Shown here: positions 34,457-44,501 of the stretch, piece after piece
How the letters are laid out: each line of letters starts with the position of its first letter
Numbering within the stretch: position 1 is the stretch's first letter
Source: Bacillota bacterium
GTDB taxonomy: Bacteria > Bacillota > Desulfitobacteriia > Desulfitobacteriales > Desulfitobacteriaceae
DNA: 64,000 bases
Assembly (NCBI GenBank): GCA_030706025.1
Contig: JAUZPJ010000001.1
Location: 1,122-65,121 of the forward strand
Reading direction: 5' to 3'
Position numbers and translations under genes: made by a program
Notes under the pieces: generated by a model
The model's database searches: none
What the model was told of the DNA's origin: nothing
The model's input: the letters and a program-made list of their open reading frames with translations, nothing else

Positions 34457-35116
34457 ATGTACATTGTCGATGGTAGGTCTGATTCGGAAATTGCTAAACA
34501 TTTTGGAATTGATCGAACGGCTGTTGTTCACTTCAGAAAATATCACGACATTCCAACTAGAATTTATACTGGGGAAACTGGCGAGGGGATTGTCGCATTT
34601 GAACTACAGAAAAACGATTTTGTTGTAGTCAATATGAATCTTCGATCAAAAATTCATCCATTTGACTTACTGGTTAACGGAAAGGTTCGCATCGATGTAA
34701 AGTCAGCGATTATGTATCAAGGATCTTGGAAATTCAACTTTGGACAGAAACCACAGTCTGGAATTATTGAAAGTGATCATTACATTCGTCTTCCTAACGG
34801 TAGAATGAAGAAGCTTTTTAGTACAGTTTGTGATTTCTTGATTCTATGTTGCATTCACGATGATAATCATTTCTTATTTGTTTTGCCAACCTCTGTAATA
34901 CCCGATACCCAACAGACAATTGCTATTTATTCTTCTGGGGTGGGTAAATGGTGGGAATGGAAAGATAGGTTTGATCTTATCTGGGGGGTGATTAGAAATC
35001 AATCATACTCAGGCAATATTTCTAGGTCATGCGATTCCAATGTTAATAGTCCTTCAAATTTTAATGGAGATTTATGTCTTGCAAAAGAAAATGGACCGAA
35101 AGCTCGGCAAAGCTAA
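34457..35116 (+). CDS. HTH plus PD-(D/E)XK endonuclease
   Basis: SDSEIAKHFG HTH; GE..PFDLLVN..RIDVKS. Confidence 0.7.
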   Translation: MYIVDGRSDSEIAKHFGIDRTAVVHFRKYHDIPTRIYTGETGEGIVAFELQKNDFVVVNMNLRSKIHPFDLLVNGKVRIDVKSAIMYQGSWKFNFGQKPQSGIIESDHYIRLPNGRMKKLFSTVCDFLILCCIHDDNHFLFVLPTSVIPDTQQTIAIYSSGVGKWWEWKDRFDLIWGVIRNQSYSGNISRSCDSNVNSPSNFNGDLCLAKENGPKARQS

Positions 35117-35196
35117 CGGACCAAAAGAAAATTAACTCACTAAAGATTATAGCTCAACCGTTGTAATTATTCCATATCTACAGAGAGGGGATATTT

Positions 35197-35442
35197 ATGA
35201 ACGTTGACAAAAGGCGAAAGGCTGAATGTTTTACTTTTGATTGCAAATATGCGGAAACACGTTGCATTGTTTTTCACGGTAACGATTGCGTTAAATTAGG
35301 CGGCAATAAAATACCGGTCATGCGAAGTCTAGGTAATCCTAAGCCAAAATCAGAAAAGCCATCATTGATTAAGCCAAAGTTTGTAAATCTAGAAGGTTGG
35401 GACATTGAAAGTATTTTAAGGAGTGAGGTTGATTATGCGTAA
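35197..35442 (+). CDS. Hypothetical protein
   Basis: GAGGGG RBS; Cys cluster. Confidence 0.45.
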   Translation: MNVDKRRKAECFTFDCKYAETRCIVFHGNDCVKLGGNKIPVMRSLGNPKPKSEKPSLIKPKFVNLEGWDIESILRSEVDYA

Positions 35443-35698
35443 AAGTACAGGTTTGGTCAGAAGAATAGATGATCTTGGTAGGGTAGTAATACCCATGGAA
35501 ATTCGTAAGTCTTTTGGCATTGAGGATAAAGATCCCATGGAAATTTTCACGGATGAAAACGGAGAAATCACTCTTCGCAAGTACGAACCTGGCTGCTCCT
35601 TCTGCGGGAATACAGAACATCTACTCCAACACAAAGGAAAAATGGTTTGCGTAGATTGCGTAAACATACTTGCCCCTTTTGCCACAACCGCTAAGTAG
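35435..35698 (+). CDS. abrB: AbrB/SpoVT-family transition-state regulator
   Basis: MRKSTGLVRRIDDLGRVVIPMEIRK...LRKYEPGCSFCG. Confidence 0.88.
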   Translation: MRKSTGLVRRIDDLGRVVIPMEIRKSFGIEDKDPMEIFTDENGEITLRKYEPGCSFCGNTEHLLQHKGKMVCVDCVNILAPFATTAK

Positions 35699-35869
35699 GT
35701 GATCGGATGGAGTCATACCACTTGTCCTATAGTCCATTTCTTAAATTTCTAGAAACATGCGAGGGATGCATTGTCGGATCAATACACCAAAAACAATGCA
35801 GATTTTCTGCCAGATGTGAAATTGCAGAATCATTGCAGCAGAGAGGGTTGGTAACTAATTCAGAAGATC

Positions 35870-36301
35870 TTGTTAGGTATGTTCATTGTCGTGACATTGA
35901 TCGCTATAAGTCCGAGAGAGGTTATTGCCCCAATATTACCAAAGTCGATGGCGTTGGACCTTGTGAAATCGAATAGGCCAGTGGTTGTTAGTCGAAGTTT
36001 ACCCAAGCCTAGGGTTGAAAAACGAGTGATGAGGGTTACGGCTTATTCTCCCATCGACAAAGGCATGAATGGGCTAAAGATTACAGCAAGCGGAGAAAAG
36101 GCGGTTGAGGGTCGGACGGTTGCGGCAGATATGAAATATTCTTTTGGAACACAGATTTATATCCCTGTCTTGGAAAAGAACCTAGTTATTACTGATCGTG
36201 GTGGAGCGATTAAGGGAGATAGACTTGATCTTTATTTTGATAGTCGAAGGGATGCTATAGCGTTTGGCGTGCAGTATCTTGAGGTGTTTATTAAAAAGTG
36301 A
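35870..36301 (+). CDS. 3D-domain cell-wall protein (YocH/YuiC-like)
   Basis: VTAYS..ITASG..TVAAD..FGT..DRGGAIKGDRLDLY; N-terminal TM. Confidence 0.88.
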   Translation: MLGMFIVVTLIAISPREVIAPILPKSMALDLVKSNRPVVVSRSLPKPRVEKRVMRVTAYSPIDKGMNGLKITASGEKAVEGRTVAADMKYSFGTQIYIPVLEKNLVITDRGGAIKGDRLDLYFDSRRDAIAFGVQYLEVFIKK

Positions 36302-36304
36302 AGG

Positions 36305-36721
36305 GTGGATTTAGTTATGCATGCAAGAGAATTGATTGGTAAAAAGGCAATTAGAACTGGTCCGGTTGACTATGGCAATGGTCGTAAGGATTTTTCATAT
36401 ACAACTGATGGCCTTTTTATCTTGGCGGTTACAGGATCGCACATTGTTTATGAGCACTGTGATAGCTTTTTAGAGGGCAAAAGATCAATCCTTGATAATC
36501 GCTGGCTTGATGAAAATTGGGGCGATTACGATGAGTTGATGCGTTTGGCCGATGAAACAAAAACGGATTGCAAAATACATTCCCTGAGTTTGGTTCAGCG
36601 TGAATATCAGCCCGAAATTGAGCAGCCCGAATCTCGGGATATTGATCATAGTCCTGAAAGTGATGAAACTCCACAAGTTGTTCATGATAAAGAAGTGTCT
36701 GACGAGGGGGATAAGCTTTGA
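36305..36721 (+). CDS. Hypothetical protein
   Basis: Operon packing. Confidence 0.45.
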   Translation: MDLVMHARELIGKKAIRTGPVDYGNGRKDFSYTTDGLFILAVTGSHIVYEHCDSFLEGKRSILDNRWLDENWGDYDELMRLADETKTDCKIHSLSLVQREYQPEIEQPESRDIDHSPESDETPQVVHDKEVSDEGDKL

Positions 36722-36891
36722 AACATGGCAAAAAACCTTCGCTTAAACAACGTCAACGCATTAAAGCTCACGGCCTAAACCCCAAAGAATGGATGGTATG
36801 TAAAGACTGTTCGAATTGTTTCGAAATTGTTCAACGGGATACAGGGGAAGTTAAAAAATTGAAAACTAGAGAGGAGAATTCACTTGGATAA
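36718..36891 (+). CDS. Small conserved phage protein (MKHGKKP family)
   Basis: MKHGKKPSLKQRQRIKAHGLNPKEWMVCKD; GAGGGGG RBS. Confidence 0.6.
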   Translation: MKHGKKPSLKQRQRIKAHGLNPKEWMVCKDCSNCFEIVQRDTGEVKKLKTREENSLG

Positions 36892-37261
36892 GCCAGATAA
36901 ATTCCAAATTGAAGTTTATAATGCCCTCCGAGAATTGGGCATTCCAGCACATGTCAAGGGTTATGAATTTTTGAAGACAGCCATGAACTACCTTCGTAAC
37001 AATCCAAACGCTATCTATTCCATTACCAAAGAGCTTTATCCGGAAGTCGCAAAGATGCACGGGGAGAATGTCAAGTCATCCCATGTCGAGAGAGGAATTC
37101 GTACTGCACTTGGTTTGAGCAGGGCTAATGATGACAAATGGTATAGCGTGATGGGTAAGGTTGGTCCGATGCCAAACGGTGAATTCCTTGCGACACTTAA
37201 TGAAAGCATTAAGGTTAAGATGGCTATGGAAGAGGTGGAGAAGAAAAATGAGCAAAATTAA
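36884..37261 (+). CDS. Spo0A C-terminal DNA-binding domain protein, lacking the receiver domain
   Basis: LGIPAHVKGYEFL...ITKELYPEVAK...SHVERGIR...PNGEFLA. Confidence 0.92.
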   Translation: MDKPDKFQIEVYNALRELGIPAHVKGYEFLKTAMNYLRNNPNAIYSITKELYPEVAKMHGENVKSSHVERGIRTALGLSRANDDKWYSVMGKVGPMPNGEFLATLNESIKVKMAMEEVEKKNEQN

Positions 37262-38945
37262 GCGTTTGGAAATCAAAAATTACCTTGGCATTTCGGAGTT
37301 TTCCTTTGATTTTGGAAAAGTAAATTTTCTTACCGGAAGAACTGGCGAGGGCAAAACCTCAATCATTGAATCACTAGAAAAAGCTTTTACTAATAAGTCG
37401 CGTAGAACTGAAGTCATTCGGCATGGTGAGGATGAAGCTAGGATTTACGTCCAAACGGATGATGGGTTGGAGATTGAACGCAAGATCAGATCTGATAAAG
37501 GAGATTACCTGAGAGTCAGAAAGTCGGGCCAGAGCGTTCCTTCAACTCAAGGATTTCTAAATAAGTTCATTAGTGGAGAAGTATTTCGTCCTTTAGAATT
37601 CGTGAAAAAATCCTCTGAGGATCAAGCAAAAATTATCCTCAATATGCTTGATATCCCCTGGTCAACGAATGACATTCAGACTTGGTTTGGGGAATTGCCG
37701 GGAGTTAACTACGAGGCACATATCCTACAAGTTTTAAAGCAAATCGAAAGCCTTTACTATACACAGCGCGAGGCCGTTAATCGGGAAATTAAGGTTCTGG
37801 AAGCTCAAGTTTCTGGAATCAGAAACGAGTTGCCGCCTAACTATGACGGTGAAGAGTGGAGGTCCAAGAAGGTTTCGGAGTATTACGGAAAGGTTGCTCA
37901 AGCCGAAGAAGTTAACCGTAAGATTACTGCTGCCAAAAACCTGATTGAAGGTTTGGAGGAAAGAATTGCTACCCTTAAGGCCGAAGCTGAAGCAGATAAA
38001 CAATCCAAGAAAAATGCTTTTGACCGGCAGAGGGCAGATGTTCGGGAGTTTATTCAGTTCATCAATCAAAAGGTTGAAAAGGCAGAAACGGTTATTGCAG
38101 GGGTTGGAGAAAGGTTGGCGGCATCAGAAAAAGACATAGGCCAAAAGTTCGAACTCGACGTTGAAAAGGCTAATTCCGAGTATCAAATGAAGTTGCAAGA
38201 ACTAAAGGAACTGCATGAAATGAAACTTCAAAGCTTGAGAAATAATGCAGAAATTGCTTCACGTGAGGCTAAAGCATTTCTTGATCAAGAGGTTTCCAAG
38301 GCCCAAAGCGATATTTCTAACTGCAAAAACTCCTTAACTGCTAAAGAGCAAGAACTCCTAAATATTGACACTCTTGAAGAACAGGCACTTGCTTCTATAG
38401 ACGAAAACACCAACCAGCGCATTGAAACAGAAAGTGCCAAAGCTGGTAATGCCAAAGAGGATTCAGAGAAGAAACTTATTGACATTGACCCACTTCAGGC
38501 CGTTGCCGAAAAAGTTGCCCATATGCAAAGTTTCCTACGTGAATTTGACCGCATGGACGATATGATCAAAACAAAGATAGCTCCCAAGCAAGAACTCTCT
38601 CAAACCCTCACAGCTCGCATTGAAACGGCGCGAACAATGCCTATGGAATTATTGAAAACGGCTGCAGTACCTATTCCGGAAATTGCGGTTGATGGAAACG
38701 GTAAGATCCGCATAGGTGGTACTTTGTTGGATGGGCTTTCCGAAGGTGAACAACTTGATTTGGCTCTAAGGGTTGCCAAGGCACAAGCAGGAGAATTAAA
38801 GCTAATTTGCATTGATGGAATAAGTAAGATTAATCCGTCTAATCGCAAGTGGCTGGAAGATGAAATGCTTGTCGATGAGTATCAATATTACATCTTGGAT
38901 ACCACAGACCAGGATTTAACCGTAAAGATCGAGGGGGAGATTTAA
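37248..38945 (+). CDS. SMC/SbcC-like coiled-coil ATPase
   Basis: Walker A GRTGEGKTS, long coiled coil, LSEGE signature, ICIDG. Confidence 0.85.
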   Translation: MSKIKRLEIKNYLGISEFSFDFGKVNFLTGRTGEGKTSIIESLEKAFTNKSRRTEVIRHGEDEARIYVQTDDGLEIERKIRSDKGDYLRVRKSGQSVPSTQGFLNKFISGEVFRPLEFVKKSSEDQAKIILNMLDIPWSTNDIQTWFGELPGVNYEAHILQVLKQIESLYYTQREAVNREIKVLEAQVSGIRNELPPNYDGEEWRSKKVSEYYGKVAQAEEVNRKITAAKNLIEGLEERIATLKAEAEADKQSKKNAFDRQRADVREFIQFINQKVEKAETVIAGVGERLAASEKDIGQKFELDVEKANSEYQMKLQELKELHEMKLQSLRNNAEIASREAKAFLDQEVSKAQSDISNCKNSLTAKEQELLNIDTLEEQALASIDENTNQRIETESAKAGNAKEDSEKKLIDIDPLQAVAEKVAHMQSFLREFDRMDDMIKTKIAPKQELSQTLTARIETARTMPMELLKTAAVPIPEIAVDGNGKIRIGGTLLDGLSEGEQLDLALRVAKAQAGELKLICIDGISKINPSNRKWLEDEMLVDEYQYYILDTTDQDLTVKIEGEI

Positions 38946-39151
38946 TGCCTATCGGGTTGAGAACTTGCACCTTCGAGGGTAAAAAACATTACTTCCATAT
39001 GTGGTTTCAAGAGGGTGGATTCGATAGCAGAAATTCTGCTGTGATGGATGGAAGTATTGATATTGGAGCTATTCTTGAGGATGAAAACGGCAATATCCAA
39101 AAGGTTTGGAAGATAAACGAAATTAAGTTTGATGTGGAGGAAAAACAATGA
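38945..39151 (+). CDS. Hypothetical protein
   Basis: LRTC...YFHMW...AILEDENG. Confidence 0.5.
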   Translation: MPIGLRTCTFEGKKHYFHMWFQEGGFDSRNSAVMDGSIDIGAILEDENGNIQKVWKINEIKFDVEEKQ

Positions 39152-40071
39152 GTAATGAATTCGAATTAGCCCTAAAACAAGCTGTACCGGCAACGCAAAA
39201 CGCTGCTATTCAGACCACGAACGGACGTTATAATCAGGAAATCCAAGGCATGATATTTATGGCCAAGCAATACCCCAGGGATCAATTCGCAGCCTATCAA
39301 AGAATCAAGCAAGCTTGTGAACGTAAATCTTTGGCCATGATTGCATCTTATGAATACCCAAGAGGCGGTCAAAAAGTAACCGGACCGTCAATTAGATTGG
39401 CTGAGGTTGTGGCTCAAAACTGGGGTAACATGACGTATGGTGTGACCGAACTTGAGCAGAAAAACGGTGAATCAACTTGCATGGCCTATGCTTGGGATCT
39501 GGAAACGAATGTTCGCTCAGAAAAAATTTTCACAGTGAAGCATGAACGCAAGGCAAGGGGAGCAATGCAAAAGCTGGATGATTCACGCGACATTTATGAA
39601 TTGGTTGCGAATATGGGAGCAAGACGGCAAAGAGCTTGTATTCTGGCAGTAATTCCTAAGGATGTCATTGACGCTGCGGTTGAAGAATGCGACAAGACTT
39701 TAGCTGGTAAAAATACGGAGCCAATTATTGACCGGTTGAAAAAGATGTTCGATGCATTTAAGGCGTTCGGAGTTACTAGGGAAATGATCGAAAAGCGTGT
39801 TGGGGTTGGTATCGATAGCTTTACCGAGAAGGATTTAATTGGATTAATTAAGGTTTATAACAGCTTGAAGGATGGAATAGGCAAGCGTGAGGACTTCTTT
39901 GAAGCGGACAAGCCACAACAAGGAAACGATGCCTTAGCTGAAGAGTTTAAGAAGCAACAAGAATCTAATAAGGCCCCTACGGATGGATTATTCAATCAAG
40001 ATGCTAGTAAGGCACTGGACGCTGAATTAGCGGCTAAGGAGGAAAAGAATGTTAGTTCTAAACAGAAGTAA
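39148..40071 (+). CDS. Putative ssDNA-annealing recombinase
   Basis: YPRGGQKVTGPSIRLAE..WGN motif; located between the ATPase and the exonuclease/SSB. Confidence 0.6.
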   Translation: MSNEFELALKQAVPATQNAAIQTTNGRYNQEIQGMIFMAKQYPRDQFAAYQRIKQACERKSLAMIASYEYPRGGQKVTGPSIRLAEVVAQNWGNMTYGVTELEQKNGESTCMAYAWDLETNVRSEKIFTVKHERKARGAMQKLDDSRDIYELVANMGARRQRACILAVIPKDVIDAAVEECDKTLAGKNTEPIIDRLKKMFDAFKAFGVTREMIEKRVGVGIDSFTEKDLIGLIKVYNSLKDGIGKREDFFEADKPQQGNDALAEEFKKQQESNKAPTDGLFNQDASKALDAELAAKEEKNVSSKQK

Positions 40072-40840
40072 CTACCATTCCCTCCTTGCTAATCAGGACT
40101 ATATGAGCAGAGGGCAATATCTAGATTTCCTAACCTGTGAAGCTCAAGCATTAGCAAAAGTTAAGGGTGAATGGATTGAGGAACCTTCGGACGCTCTGTT
40201 AGTCGGTCAATACGTACACACATTCAATGATGGGACAAGGCCAGAATTCATTTCCCTTCATCCAGAAATGTTTAAGAAAGATGGAGGGTTAAAAGCTCCA
40301 TTTGTTGTGGCAGATAAGATGATTGCTACCCTTCAGGCAGATCCATTTGCTATGTATGTGTTAGAAGGACAAAAAGAAGTTATCTTTACTGCCGAGCTAT
40401 TTGGTTGCTGGTGGAAGGTAATGATCGACTCCCATAACATCGAGAAACGCAGAAACGTTGATCTTAAAACTACTAGGAGCATTACGGATCATGCATGGAG
40501 TGAAGAAATTCGAGAGAAGGTTAGCTTCGTTGAGAAATACAACTATATGACTCAAGCAGCCCTCTACTCGGAAATTGAGCGCATAGCAAACAGTAGACCT
40601 CTGGAAGATTGGCTTGATTTCTACATCGTTGCGGTATCGAAGCAAGACGTACCTGATAAGGAAGTTATTAGCATGGTTGATCCTGAACGCTACAAGATTG
40701 AGTTGATTAATATTAGGTCAAACATGCCAAGAATTTTGGCGGTTAAGTCGGGGCAGGCAGAGCCGGAGCATTGTGGACATTGTGATTATTGCAGATCACA
40801 AAAACAACTTACAAGGGCAATTCATTACAGTGAACTTTAA
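40049..40840 (+). CDS. PD-(D/E)XK exonuclease (DUF3799 / RecE-like)
   Basis: ALLVGQYVH, WKVMID, VDLKTT, Y..QAALY, CGHCDYC. Confidence 0.82.
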   Translation: MLVLNRSNYHSLLANQDYMSRGQYLDFLTCEAQALAKVKGEWIEEPSDALLVGQYVHTFNDGTRPEFISLHPEMFKKDGGLKAPFVVADKMIATLQADPFAMYVLEGQKEVIFTAELFGCWWKVMIDSHNIEKRRNVDLKTTRSITDHAWSEEIREKVSFVEKYNYMTQAALYSEIERIANSRPLEDWLDFYIVAVSKQDVPDKEVISMVDPERYKIELINIRSNMPRILAVKSGQAEPEHCGHCDYCRSQKQLTRAIHYSEL

Positions 40841-40882
40841 GAAAAAGGTGACAGATAGAGTTAATTTAAGGGGGCTACTTAA

Positions 40883-41287
40883 TTGCTTAATCGTGTAGTT
40901 TTAATCGGAAGATTGACGAAGGACCCCGAATTGCGTTATACCCCTACCGGGGTAGCGGTAACTAATTTTACATTAGCGATTGATCGCAATTACAAAAACG
41001 CTCAAGGAGAGCGAGAAACAGACTTTATTCCCTGCGTAGTTTATCGTCAACTTGCGGAATTCACCGCTAATTATTTAGCAAAAGGAAAAATGGCGGCAGT
41101 GGATGGTCGAATTCAGGTTAGATCGTTCACCACAGATGATGGTCAGAAACGATGGGTTACTGAGGTTGTAGCTGATCAAGTTCATTTATTGAGTCCTAAG
41201 GATAGTGGAGGTCAAGAATCTTCTGCTCCGAGTGGATCAAGATCTCTAGGCCGCGAAGTTTCGCTAGATGATGATATTCCCTTCTAG
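40883..41287 (+). CDS. ssb: Single-stranded DNA-binding protein
   Basis: [19 protein letters not shown]...DDDIPF. Confidence 0.96.
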   Translation: MLNRVVLIGRLTKDPELRYTPTGVAVTNFTLAIDRNYKNAQGERETDFIPCVVYRQLAEFTANYLAKGKMAAVDGRIQVRSFTTDDGQKRWVTEVVADQVHLLSPKDSGGQESSAPSGSRSLGREVSLDDDIPF

Positions 41288-41315
41288 GATTCGTTAATCA
41301 GAAAGGATGAGCTAA

Positions 41316-41738
41316 ATGAGTAATATGATAAATCTTGGTATAAGTGAGGACATGGTTAAGCCAATCCTTGAAAAACAAATACAGGCAGCCATTCTTGCGA
41401 ATATGGGTAATCCGGAAGAATTAATAAGAAACGTTGTCTCTACGGCATTGAGGCAAAAGGTTGATAAGGATGGAAAAGTATCTTCTTATTCCTCAGACAA
41501 TAGATACGATTACCTAGACGTTTTAGTTGGGAAAACCATCAGGAAGGCAGCGGAGGATTCCTTGACGGAATGGCTTAAAGAAAACTCTCAAATGGTCAAA
41601 GCATTAGTTATTCAAGAAATGAATAAGCCAGAACGTCAGAATAGTCTTGTTGGGGCATTTGCTAAATCTGTTGAGGATTCTCTCAAATGTTCTTGGAGGT
41701 TCAATTGTGATGTGAGGTTCGATAAAATCGATGATTAG
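41316..41738 (+). CDS. Hypothetical protein
   Basis: AAAGGA RBS; 140 aa. Confidence 0.5.
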   Translation: MSNMINLGISEDMVKPILEKQIQAAILANMGNPEELIRNVVSTALRQKVDKDGKVSSYSSDNRYDYLDVLVGKTIRKAAEDSLTEWLKENSQMVKALVIQEMNKPERQNSLVGAFAKSVEDSLKCSWRFNCDVRFDKIDD

Positions 41739-41862
41739 GTCGCAATAATTAGTTAGTTTTGGCTCGAATAACCGTACTCCGTTTCGGGTGCACACGGAAC
41801 AATCATTCTCATTCTGGCCATTTCATATAAACCAAAAATAATAAATAAGGACGTGAAGATAA

Positions 41863-42231
41863 ATGGTACAAACCCGTAAAGTCAATCTTCTTGAATTGGC
41901 TAAAGGAGCAATCATGGAACAAGTGGATAATGAATCAGCAAAGATTCTCTCGAACATTCTTGATCCTAACACTGATGCCACGAAAGCAAGAAAACTCACG
42001 ATTACTGTTACCTTTAAATCCGATGATAAGCGCGAATTTATCTCTTGTGAAGCGCAAGCTAAATCGACGATTGCACCAGTGATGCCCATTACCACAAAGC
42101 TTCTTGTTGAACAGGATATGGAGGGTAATCCGCGGGCTATGGAAATAACTCGTGACGATCCAAATCAAGTACACATGTTTGAGGAAACCGAACCTGAAGT
42201 TAATGTATTGCAATTAAGGAGCGTGAAGTAA
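41863..42231 (+). CDS. Conserved phage protein (ILDPNT..KARKLTI family)
   Basis: LAKGAIME...NILDPNTDATKARKLTITV signature. Confidence 0.7.
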   Translation: MVQTRKVNLLELAKGAIMEQVDNESAKILSNILDPNTDATKARKLTITVTFKSDDKREFISCEAQAKSTIAPVMPITTKLLVEQDMEGNPRAMEITRDDPNQVHMFEETEPEVNVLQLRSVK

Positions 42232-42234
42232 ACC

Positions 42235-42551
42235 ATGATTAAAGCAGCACTTCAATATGTTATGTCCTTCCGTGATACCGAGATAACCGAACATAACGGC
42301 TATAAATATGCCAATCAGTTTCCAAGGTTACGATTAAACCGATTGTTAAACTGGCTCCTTATAGAACTTTTGTTGAGGTTGAACAACCGGAAAGTGAATT
42401 CTTGCTTCGATTGCGTAAGGGACCAGACGCAGCACTCTTTGAGGCTGATGGTGGAGCGTGGAAGTTGGCAGCGCGAAAGAGTATCAAGCAGTATTTCGAG
42501 CAAACTCTTGGTGATTTAGTCTTATCTGGCAAGGTTATTGTTACTGAGTAA
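42235..42551 (+). pseudogene. Frameshifted, probably internally deleted, conserved phage gene
   Basis: N-terminus MIKAALQY.. in one frame; C-terminus ..LAPYRTFVEVEQPESEF..ALFEADGGAWK.. in another frame from about 42315. Confidence 0.7.
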
Positions 42552-42859
42552 TGGAGGGCATCAAATTGAACAGATTGAGTGAATGTGCGATCTCAGCTCC
42601 AAAACAAATGTCTATTTTGGAAAATGAAATTGGTCTTCTTAGAGGTGAGGTCTTAAGAATAGGCCAACTTTCCGATAATATTTCCCATATCTTACGGCCT
42701 CCTTCTCCAATTGAACCTTGTGAAACTCAACAACAGGCTTTGACGGTGGCTGATTCTTTAAGAGATATTCGTACTATTGCAGAAATTGCAAGATCAAATT
42801 TTGAGTCAATTTCTATTTGCCTTGAAGAACAATTGGGCAGCTTGAAACTTGAGTATTAA
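42551..42859 (+). CDS. Hypothetical protein
   Basis: TAATG coupling. Confidence 0.45.
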   Translation: MEGIKLNRLSECAISAPKQMSILENEIGLLRGEVLRIGQLSDNISHILRPPSPIEPCETQQQALTVADSLRDIRTIAEIARSNFESISICLEEQLGSLKLEY

Positions 42860-42922
42860 TTAAATTAAACACCTGACATCATTGGGGCCAATTACATAAC
42901 TTTAGGGCCCCTTTAATTTAAC

Positions 42923-43198
42923 TTGGAGGTAATGTCGATGCAAGAATGTTCTCTTAAAAATAAATGCCGTAGATCTTTTTGTGATGATTGCGATATTGCA
43001 CAAGCATTGGCAGAAGCAGAAAAACAGCCATCAACCTATGTCACTGCTAAACTTACAGATGAGCAATTCAACTGGCTGTTAAAAAGAGATTGCATAAAAG
43101 TCGAGAAGTCCTATCATTTCTTACCCAACAATGCTTCTATTTGGTTTTGGATCGCGGTTGCTGTTATATCGGTTTTTGGGATTATTTATAACCATTGA
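42923..43198 (+). CDS. Hypothetical membrane protein
   Basis: GGAGG RBS (start probably 42938); C-terminal TM. Confidence 0.4.
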   Translation: MEVMSMQECSLKNKCRRSFCDDCDIAQALAEAEKQPSTYVTAKLTDEQFNWLLKRDCIKVEKSYHFLPNNASIWFWIAVAVISVFGIIYNH

Positions 43199-43208
43199 AG
43201 GTGATTAA

Positions 43209-44015
43209 ATGACCAAGGGATGGATCAGTATTCATAGAAAACTCCAATGCCATTGGTTATGGGATGATAGGCCATTTAGTAAAGGCCAAGCATGGGTTGA
43301 TTTACTATTATTGGCCAATCATGAGGATAATAAATTTCTCCTTGGTGGTCAGCTTGTGGATGCAAAAAAAGGTGACGTGATAACAAGTGAACACAAATTA
43401 ATGGCTAGGTGGGGATGGTCCAAAACAAAGGTACGGTCTTTTCTTGAATTACTCGAAAAAGAGTCAATGATCGTTAAGAAAACTGATAAAAAAAAGACCT
43501 CTCTGAGCCTAGTAAACTACAGTGTTTGGCAGGATTCGCAAACCACAAAAGAACCACTGAAAGACCACTCAGAGACCACTGAAAGACCACTGAAAGACCC
43601 AATCAATAACTCTAATAACAATAATAATTCAAATAATAATATATCTTCTCGTCAGCAAAACAAGTTTGCGGACAATTCGATTGAGTTATTTCTAGCATGT
43701 GAACTTTACAATTTGATCCTTATCAACAATCCAAATGCCAAGGAACCAAACTTTCAATCATGGGCAGCGGACATTGATAAAATGATTCGGATTGATAAAC
43801 GATCAGAAGAGGATATTAGGACTCTGATTTCTTGGAGCCAGAAAGATAATTTCTGGAAAGGAAATATTCTTTCGGCGGCAGCACTCAGGAAACAGTTTGA
43901 TAAGCTGACGGTACAAATGAAAACAAGGTCAGTACAGAGCAATAAAACAACTCCAAATTTCGGAACAAATAGAGCACCGGAAAAAAGCGGAAAGTACGAA
44001 GGGTTTTATCTTTAA
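43209..44015 (+). CDS. Phage replication initiator (DnaD-like / lambda O-like)
   Basis: GWISIHRK..HWLW..AWVDLLLLANH; FWKGNILS..LRKQFD.L; internal iterons. Confidence 0.85.
   Translation: MTKGWISIHRKLQCHWLWDDRPFSKGQAWVDLLLLANHEDNKFLLGGQLVDAKKGDVITSEHKLMARWGWSKTKVRSFLELLEKESMIVKKTDKKKTSLSLVNYSVWQDSQTTKEPLKDHSETTERPLKDPINNSNNNNNSNNNISSRQQNKFADNSIELFLACELYNLILINNPNAKEPNFQSWAADIDKMIRIDKRSEEDIRTLISWSQKDNFWKGNILSAAALRKQFDKLTVQMKTRSVQSNKTTPNFGTNRAPEKSGKYEGFYL
43541..43645. repeat. Replication origin: 11-bp iterons (GACCACTGAAA-like) plus an AT-rich tract
   Basis: About five tandem copies at 43541-43600 followed by AATAAC/AATAAT repeats. Confidence 0.75.
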
Positions 44016-44026
44016 GGAAACGTGGT

Positions 44027-44296
44027 GTGTATATGAACCCGGAGGAATTTTGGAATTGGGTTGATTATGTTTATGAAATTTATGGCAAAGATGTAGCCTG
44101 GCCATGCAGTAAACAATACTACTGGGAAGCGTTTAGGGGATTAACATTTGCCAAATTAAAGATAGCAACAGATATTTTATACAAATCAAACTCGACAACT
44201 TATGTTGCAAATGATAAAAGACAAGCGCGTTGGTTAGTGACTTTACTTCCGGTAATTAATGATTTTGAAATAGTTTTTAAAGCGATTGAACATTAA
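44027..44296 (+). CDS. Hypothetical protein (position of a helicase loader/inhibitor)
   Basis: Immediately after the initiator. Confidence 0.4.
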   Translation: MYMNPEEFWNWVDYVYEIYGKDVAWPCSKQYYWEAFRGLTFAKLKIATDILYKSNSTTYVANDKRQARWLVTLLPVINDFEIVFKAIEH

Positions 44297-44501
44297 GATT
44301 TAGGACACAGAATTGAGGGGTTTAAAGTGATAGATTACAAGGATTATCAATTTGATACGCATGAACTAATGGAACAACTCAAGAAAGAAACCGAAAAAGT
44401 ATTTGATCCAAACAATCAATCAGAAGAGTATCAAAACTTCTTCAAAAAAGTAAATGGGTTAATCAATGAAATCCAAAACAAGCTGAACTAAGGAGTGAAG
44501 A

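Noticed and set aside
30208-43600. GACCAC shared by the attP arm sites and the origin iterons
   Set aside because: Only a 6-mer with different flanks, and different proteins are expected to bind each. Probably coincidence.
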